Assembly: GCA_965248925.1 (NCBI GenBank)
Contig: CBDFLE010000006.1
Coordinates: 1,696,001 to 1,760,000, forward strand
Length of the DNA: 64,000 bases
Reading direction: 5' to 3'
DNA from: Candidatus Multivoradales bacterium
Lineage (GTDB): Bacteria > Acidobacteriota > Thermoanaerobaculia > Multivoradales > J023
The position numbers were made by a program, and so were the translations under genes. This document shows, piece after piece, positions 57,949-64,000 of the stretch. Position 1 is the stretch's first letter. Each line of letters begins with the position of its first letter. The notes below the pieces were generated by a model, which ran no database searches, was not told where the DNA came from, and saw nothing but the letters and a program-made list of their open reading frames with translations.

Positions 57949-60477
57949 CAGAACTCCTGACATACCCTTTTTCTCAAATGTCCGGTTGAGCCTCTCCGGA
58001 GGTGTTCCGAGGCCCTGGGAAGGCCAGGCTCCGGGGTGGCGCCTTCTTGATCGCGAACCGCATCCGTAGCTCGGTGCCGGGGAAGTGGGTGGCGGTAGCG
58101 TTGAGTTCTTCGCAGACGGCGGCGATCGCCGCCGTCTTGTGGGGAGAGCTGAGCGGGTCGATGGAAAGGAGCAGCACGGTGTCGGTAACCTCCATATCGC
58201 CGCCGGCCGCGAAAGCGCTTTGGATCAGGGTGCGTCCCTCCTGCTCGGTGCGGCGGTAGTGGGGTGATAGGAGCCGGAGAAGATCACCTTCGGCCTGGTA
58301 GGCGACCATCTTGAGAATATCGGTGAGGTGCTTGCGCTCGACGGACAGCTTGATGACATCCGCTTCGACGACCTCTTGGACGGGGACGCGGACGGGGAGG
58401 GTCGCGCGCTGGTTCTCGAGTTCGGTGATCTGCTCTATCGCTGCCCGGACCCTGGCGGAGATGGCGGCGTTGGCGATCTTGAATCCGCGCATCGTGCGCC
58501 GCCGATCCTCGCGGTTTTCAAGAGCAGCGATCCCGATGTGGGCCCGGAGCTGCTCGAGATGTGCGTGAGCTTTGCGCAGCTCTGCATTGATCTTGCCGCG
58601 CTCGGGATTCGGCACATCGCGGGCGGCGTCCGCTGGCTCGGTGCCATAGTCCACCAGGGCATCGAGTGCGAATTCTTCGCGCAGGTATTTGGAGAAGTTC
58701 TCTTGCCTCCAACGATCGAACATGCGGTAGGCGACCTCGAGTGTGGAGAGGTCGCGGCGGGAGGTGATGATGGACGTCTGGTGGCCGTTGTCGCAGAGGC
58801 GGGTGACCTGGCGCAGGTACAGCCGCTTGCGCTTCTTCCTCGGGCCATACTCGAGGTAGATACGCTGATCGGCGAGGAGGTACTCGAGCTTCCGCCCGTG
58901 GATCGTGTCCTTGATCTGCCCGAACTTGCTCAACGGCACCGGACGAAAGGGGGCCTTTCGGTATGTGAGGATGTCGAACTTCTTGGCGATGAGCTTCGCA
59001 AACAGCTTCGGGCTCCAACCCCCACGGTCGAAGACGACGGTGACTCGCCGGTCTCCGAGTAGCTTTCGTACCTCTTCGAGAATGAGGGGAAGCATCGTCG
59101 CAAGCCCCTTGTTGGCCTCGGTGGGGACCACGAAGAGAGGCTCGCTCTCAGCATCGTTGACCCAGTAGTCGGTGGTGGCCGGCATCGCGATCCGCATCCG
59201 CGCTACGTGTGTCTTGGGAATCTCTCGGCCACCGTGGTAGGCGCGCACATGCCCGTCCACGTAGAGGAAGCCCATGGCATGGCCCCTGGTGGCGACCCGG
59301 CGCTGAGCGAGGGCGCGACCGAGATCCGCGGCCAGGCCATGCGCGGCCAGCCGAGCGAGCTTGTTGCGCAAGGTTTTCACTTCCGGCGCTCGGTCGAGCC
59401 CGAGAAGCTGACCCAAATGCCGGGGTGAGCGCTCCTTGAGCCCTTCGGGTCGCTTGACCCGCAACAGTGCCATCAGCAGCAGGGTTACCAGAGTGGTGCG
59501 CAGCCCATAGAAGGCCGGCCCGATGCTGCCGTACAGCTCCTGCGCGATGGAGAGCACGCCGCTGTCCACCAGGGCGGGAATCGCCAGCAGAGCACCGGCG
59601 CCCGGTAGCTGGGTCGCCGCTCCGAAGATCGGCGCCGCATCATCGAGGAATCCCAGCCTCGCCAGCAGCCGATCGCTGGCGCGATCCGCTGGATCGAGGT
59701 CCAGCGAGAGGGGAACCTGATCTTGCTCGGACGCAGAAGCGGACAGTTTTGGGTCCGCAGCCGCTGGGTCACCGCCACCCTCAGCGTCGAGCGCAAGATC
59801 CGCAGTTTTCAGGGGGCCGTCGACCTGCTGCTCATCAGAGGCGGACAGTTTTGGGTCCGCACTCTCGAAGGGCATCGTCATCTGCACTACCGACCGCTCT
59901 TTCCAGCCCAGGCGCTTGGCGAGCTTGCGAACGGCCTTCTCATCGATGCCCAGCCGCCGGCCAATCTCGCGATTCGACACACCCTCGGCCTTCCAGCCGT
60001 TGACCGCGTCCAGGCGGCCCTGCGCTACCCGAGACTGACCCCGGGGAAAACCGCGCGGCCGGCCCAGAGCAGCCAGCCCACCTTCTTCGAAGCGGCGCTG
60101 ATTCCGGCGCACAGTCCGCACATCACAAGCGAACGCAAGGGCCACCTCGCGTTGCTGTGCCCAGCCCAATTCAACGAGACTCACCATCGCGTGGGCCTCG
60201 CCTGTCCTGTCGCCGGCAGCGAAGTGAGCGAGCGGCATGCCGCTGACCACCACCACCCGATAGCCGCCCCTCTGCTGGAGGCGGCAGCGGTCGTTGATCA
60301 CCACAACCCCATCGGGGACCCCGGCGTGGTCTGGGAACAGGACGGTGTGCTCGCTCGTCAGTGCCATGCTCGATCATGCCTCGGCACCGAAAAAAGCGGA
60401 CAGTTTTGGGTCCGCACCACCTCTGAGGGGCGGTCCTGTGTTTTCAGAGGGTTAGGAGGGGTAGGTCAGGAGGTCTG
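57949..60477 (-). mobile_element. 2.5 kb insertion sequence with a large DDE transposase (family not assigned)
   Basis: 19 bp IRs CAGAACTCCTGACATACCC / CAGACCTCCTGACCTACCC; 5 bp target duplication GAGTC at 57944-57948 and 60478-60482. Confidence 0.92.
57974..60367 (-). CDS. DDE transposase with N-terminal HTH domains
   Basis: HTHs (QREVALAFACDVRTVRR, NREIGRRLGIDEKAVR), YVDGH, VVFDRGG, RWRQEN. Confidence 0.88.
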   Translation of the reverse strand: MALTSEHTVLFPDHAGVPDGVVVINDRCRLQQRGGYRVVVVSGMPLAHFAAGDRTGEAHAMVSLVELGWAQQREVALAFACDVRTVRRNQRRFEEGGLAALGRPRGFPRGQSRVAQGRLDAVNGWKAEGVSNREIGRRLGIDEKAVRKLAKRLGWKERSVVQMTMPFESADPKLSASDEQQVDGPLKTADLALDAEGGGDPAAADPKLSASASEQDQVPLSLDLDPADRASDRLLARLGFLDDAAPIFGAATQLPGAGALLAIPALVDSGVLSIAQELYGSIGPAFYGLRTTLVTLLLMALLRVKRPEGLKERSPRHLGQLLGLDRAPEVKTLRNKLARLAAHGLAADLGRALAQRRVATRGHAMGFLYVDGHVRAYHGGREIPKTHVARMRIAMPATTDYWVNDAESEPLFVVPTEANKGLATMLPLILEEVRKLLGDRRVTVVFDRGGWSPKLFAKLIAKKFDILTYRKAPFRPVPLSKFGQIKDTIHGRKLEYLLADQRIYLEYGPRKKRKRLYLRQVTRLCDNGHQTSIITSRRDLSTLEVAYRMFDRWRQENFSKYLREEFALDALVDYGTEPADAARDVPNPERGKINAELRKAHAHLEQLRAHIGIAALENREDRRRTMRGFKIANAAISARVRAAIEQITELENQRATLPVRVPVQEVVEADVIKLSVERKHLTDILKMVAYQAEGDLLRLLSPHYRRTEQEGRTLIQSAFAAGGDMEVTDTVLLLSIDPLSSPHKTAAIAAVCEELNATATHFPGTELRMRFAIKKAPPRSLAFPGPRNTSGEAQPDI

Positions 60478-60829
60478 GAGTCGTAGGAGCCTCGGAAATA
60501 TAGGCGGAAGTTGGGAATACGCCGCTGCCGACTAGCACCGCCATGTATGCGCAGCCCCGCCGGTGAGGCAAAGAACAATTCGCCGTGACGCAGCAGAGCG
60601 AAATGGGCCGACCGCTCCCAAACTCGGCCACACTTCATGGTGTTGCTTAGCAGGTCGTCGAGTTCTTCGGGATCGATCAGCAAGGACACCACGCTGACCG
60701 GCTTGGCGAACCATCGCGGATCCACCATCAGCAAGCGGGTCAGCTCGCGGCCACCCAACGGATCGGCACTGTAGGTATCGACACCCACGGCACCCCACGG
60801 CACCTGCGAGCGCAGCGCAAAGGGCAGCC

Positions 60830-61190
60830 GCTCAAAGTGGCCCAAGTGACGCAAAGTAGCGGCAAGGAGGCGAGCTGATCGGCCGAATACGAGGTCTGCA
60901 AGCGCAACTTTTCGCGTTCGCAACCCCAGCGGTGCTTGACCTCGGGGAAACTCGCCGGTGAGCGGCGACCGCTAGCCGGATCTTGGTACCAACGCAGCCG
61001 AACTTTGGTCTTGAAGCGATCGCTGTTGAGCTTCTCAGCGAGCGATGAAAGACCGCTGGTATCGTAATAGACGCTCACCACCAGAACCGAGGGATGGGCT
61101 CCGGATCAGCTCGACACAAGGCTCGCAAACAGGCAAGCGCGGCGCGGCTGCGCCGCGCTTTCAGCACCAGCTTCAGCTCATGCTCATGGG
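60830..61190 (-). pseudogene. VTC (polyphosphate polymerase)-domain gene fragment, frameshifted and truncated
   Basis: EHELKLVL in one frame; VSVYYDT..EKLNSDRFKTKVRLRWY..EVKHR..REKLR in another. Confidence 0.7.
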
Positions 61191-61408
61191 ATGGAGAATT
61201 GGCGGGTGAATAGCCGTTCGAACTCGACAGCAAGCTATGAACTCCTTGATCGATGCCCACCCGCGGCAAAGGAGGCGAACTCGGCGGGCGACTTGTGTGC
61301 TTGCGTGGCAGGTACTAGCTCCCACGAAGTTATAGCGCAAGCGCATAGTCCATTTAGCCCGCCGAGCAGGCAGCCGGAGTCGGTCCCCAACCCAGGCGCT
61401 GACCAGCG

Positions 61409-61783
61409 TCAGCCCATCAAATAGAAGAACTCCTCTTGCGTGACTTTGCCATCCTCGGTCGTGTAGAGGCCCACCTCGCGCATCTGCGAACGCTCGCCTG
61501 ATGGCTTGTTGGTGACATCGATCGCGAAATCAACCATGAACTGATCGTTCCGGTTGCCACAAAAAGGACCCGTGACCGCCAGCGAATGTACTTGATGGTT
61601 GTCGTACCACCATTGGCTCTTGCCGCGGACCGCCTCCAGGCCCTCTATCCGCGCCGGCATCTCACCCATAGCCATAGGTTCGATGCTGACCACACCGTCC
61701 GCGTAGAGAGTGTCGATCGCCTCCATGCCTTTGCCTTCCTTACACAGACTGACGAGCTGCTGACCGATTTCCTGTGCCGACAT
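61409..61783 (-). CDS. SnoaL-like (NTF2 fold) protein
   Basis: LYADGVVSIEP..GLEAVRGKSQWW..EVGLY..DGKVTQEEFFY; GGAG before ATG 61783. Confidence 0.85.
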   Translation of the reverse strand: MSAQEIGQQLVSLCKEGKGMEAIDTLYADGVVSIEPMAMGEMPARIEGLEAVRGKSQWWYDNHQVHSLAVTGPFCGNRNDQFMVDFAIDVTNKPSGERSQMREVGLYTTEDGKVTQEEFFYLMG

Positions 61784-61860
61784 TTGAATTCTCCAAGTTA
61801 AAGTGACGAGAGGGGGGTGACGAGGCTTGATTCTCAAGCTGGCGGCACTGTGCCAGACTC

Positions 61861-61916
61861 CTCCTGACAGCGTGGTGTCAGGAGAGTGGTGTCAGGAGAA
61901 ATGGTGTCAGGAGAAA
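61861..61916. repeat. Three tandem TGGTGTCAGGAGA(A/G) units plus one inverted core CTCCTGACA
   Basis: Units start at 61873, 61887 and 61902; inverted core at 61861-61869. Confidence 0.8.
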
Positions 61917-61956
61917 TGGGTCGGCCACCATCGCAATACCCTCAAAGAGCTTCCAA

Positions 61957-64000
61957 CTAAGACTCCAAGCCCGAAAGGGCAGCTTGCAGGGCAGCGATCT
62001 CCTCTCCTCGACCAAGGTCTTGGAGCAAGGTACTCAATCTATCGAAAGCTTCTCGCTGATAGCGGTACTTTGCCTCCAAGGCAATCAACCGACGCAGGCT
62101 GCCTCGCAACAACGCTTCAGCTTCCTCGGGACGCCCCTGTAGGTCAACGGCCTCGCCGAGCAGGCAATCGGCGAAGGCCAACATCCAATGGCCGGAGAGG
62201 CGGGTTGTTGAGTGAGTTCTCCGCCGTCGGATGATCCTGGCCGTAGAGCTGCTGGCGAATTTCCAGACTGCGCCGCAGGGCCTCGGCCGCTTGCTGGTAG
62301 CGGCCGTAGTGGGTGTGGACCGTAGCCTCGTAGTCGAGCAACCCCATGTGCAGATCCGGCGACTCGAGATCGCTCTCGCGGAGCAGCCGCACGGCTTGCT
62401 CAATGGTCACCTCGGCACTGTCAAAGGCGTGGCGACTGCACAGAACCGAGGCCAGCACGGTGAGAATCTCAGCTTCCAGCTCTTCTTCCCGCGGCACCAG
62501 TCGGTCAACGATCTGGTGTGCTTGGCGAGCCAGCCCCTCGGCCTCCTCGAGTTGCCCCTGGCGCTTGCGTACCAAGGCCAGCCTCTTCAAGGTCTCAGCC
62601 ACCGACCTATCCTGGTCGCCAAGAGCAACACGGCGCAGCCGCAAGGCCTCTTCGAGCTGCGCTTGGGCTTGATCGAATAGCTGCAAACGCAGCAACATCG
62701 AGCCCGTGGTGTTGAGCACCTCAGCCCGCAGCTCAGGCTCCGCCCCCAGCCGTCCGTTGAGAATCGGCCCGGTGGCGAGCAGAATCTCCCGCAAGCTGGT
62801 ATCGGGGCCAGCGGCGCTGAACGGCTCAGCGTAAGCAACGATTTCCCCTAGCACCTCCAGCACACTACGCTTACGATCGCGTTCTCGCTGCGCCAGATCG
62901 GGCTCGCTCATGACCCGTGCCGACTGCCTCAAGATCACCGCCGCCGTGGCGCTGAGCAGCAGGGCAAAGAGCAACGCCGCCACCACCCCCCAACGATGAC
63001 GACCGACAAACTTACCCGCTCGGTAGCGCCAGGAACCGCGGCGAGCCGCGACTGGCAACCCCGCTTGCAAGCGGCCTAGCTCGGTGGCCAGCTCCGCCGG
63101 ACTGTCGTAGCGCTCCTGGGGCTTGCTGCGCAGCGCAGTGAGCACGATGGCATCGAGGTCTGCCTGCCAGGCACCGCGCCACGGCGGCAACTCCGCCGCC
63201 ATGGGCTCAAATTCGCTCGTTGTTGTCTGAGAAGCACGCCGGGCGGCGCTGGGCGCAGCCGGGACCGTGTCGAGCAAAATGCGCTCGATCTCCAGCATCG
63301 AATGACCGGGGAAGTCGAACGGCAGACGGCCGGTGAGTAGCTTGTAGAGCAGCACTCCTAACGAATACACATCGCTAGCGGTGGTGATCGGCCCTCCTTG
63401 GATCTGCTCCAAGCTGGCATAGCTGGGAGTCACCATGCGTTCCCAAGGGGCTGTCTCCACGAGATTCAAAGACCAGACATCGGCATTGAGCACCTTGGCG
63501 ATACCGAAGTCGAGCAGCTTGGGTTCACCCGCCGCCGTGACCAGGATGTTTGAGGGTTTGAGGTCGCGGTGGACGACCAAATTTCGGTGCGCGTAGTGCA
63601 CCGCAGCACAAACCTTCCGAAACAGCTCGAGCCGGGCTTCGACGGCCAGACCGTTGCGACTGCAATAGTCATCAATAGGCAATCCGTCCACGTACTCCAT
63701 GACGAAATACGGCAAGCCGTCGGCGGTGGCTCCGCCGTCGTAAAGACGAGCAATGTTGGGATGTTCGAGACTGGCGAGAATCTGCCGCTCGGCCCGCAGG
63801 CGCTCTAGCAAGACCTCCCGCTGGCGATCATCCCGCACCACCCTGATGACCACTTGCCGCCGGTACTGATCATCATCCCGCAGCGCCAGATAAGCGGTGC
63901 TGGTACCCCCACGGCCGACCTCGCGCAGCACACGATAGGGACCAAAGCGCTGGTTGGCCGGTACGCCCGTAGCGAACTGCCCGGTGGGAAGATTCTGGGT
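61957..64000 (-). pseudogene. Ser/Thr kinase-TPR gene, 5' end outside the window, frameshifted near the C-terminus
   Basis: HRDLKPSN and DFGIAK are present, but VAIK reads VVIR and SPE reads SLE. The last TPR is in a different frame (about 61957-62170). Confidence 0.75.

Larger units (their letters stand above)
57100..60830 (-). pseudogene. CotH-kinase-like gene split by an IS and degraded at both ends (outer limits approximate)
   Basis: WER, GLRIHGGASR..NFRLYFR upstream of the IS; VFLNGRYLGL..LTE and IPWDMDMSFG downstream. Removing the IS and one GAGTC restores FRGSYDSDPLVPAV. Confidence 0.75.

Noticed and set aside
56572-57963. 463 aa ORF as an intact gene
   Set aside because: Its ATG lies inside the IS inverted repeat and its tail runs antisense over parA; it is the distal half of the split CotH-like gene.
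61861-61916. Short repeat arrays here and at 28855 as CRISPR
   Set aside because: The units are adjacent with no spacers, and there are no cas genes.

Overview
GC-rich bacterial window, probably Acidobacteriota (inferred from the ADOP permease, kinase-TPR proteins and FHA-sigma54 activator; not proven). It has four blocks. (1) 1-17088: two near-identical sulfatase-like genes and two IS3 copies bracket a nucleoside biosynthetic cluster. The cluster encodes an OxsB/AlsB-type cobalamin radical SAM ring-contraction enzyme, a second radical SAM enzyme, a NUDIX hydrolase, an Ap4A-phosphorylase/GalT-type HxHxQ protein, an S-HxxxE (LnaB-like) candidate AMPylase and a MATE exporter. This is the best candidate for a new system: an oxetanocin/albucidin-type oxetane nucleotide pathway with unexplained phosphoanhydride-handling enzymes. 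(2) 17-42.5 kb: ordinary metabolic and envelope genes, plus a complete Ser/Thr kinase - FHA-bEBP - tandem UAS - sigma54 promoter - PKD protein circuit. (3) 42.6-56.3 kb: an Rhs polymorphic toxin island with a signal-peptide Rhs, orphan toxin/immunity modules, IS4, an HUH transposase and hairpin repeats, bounded by a ~120 bp direct repeat. (4) 56.3-64 kb: parA, an IS-disrupted VTC/CotH remnant, a SnoaL protein and a decaying kinase. Family assignments come from motifs and recalled family knowledge; no searches were run.
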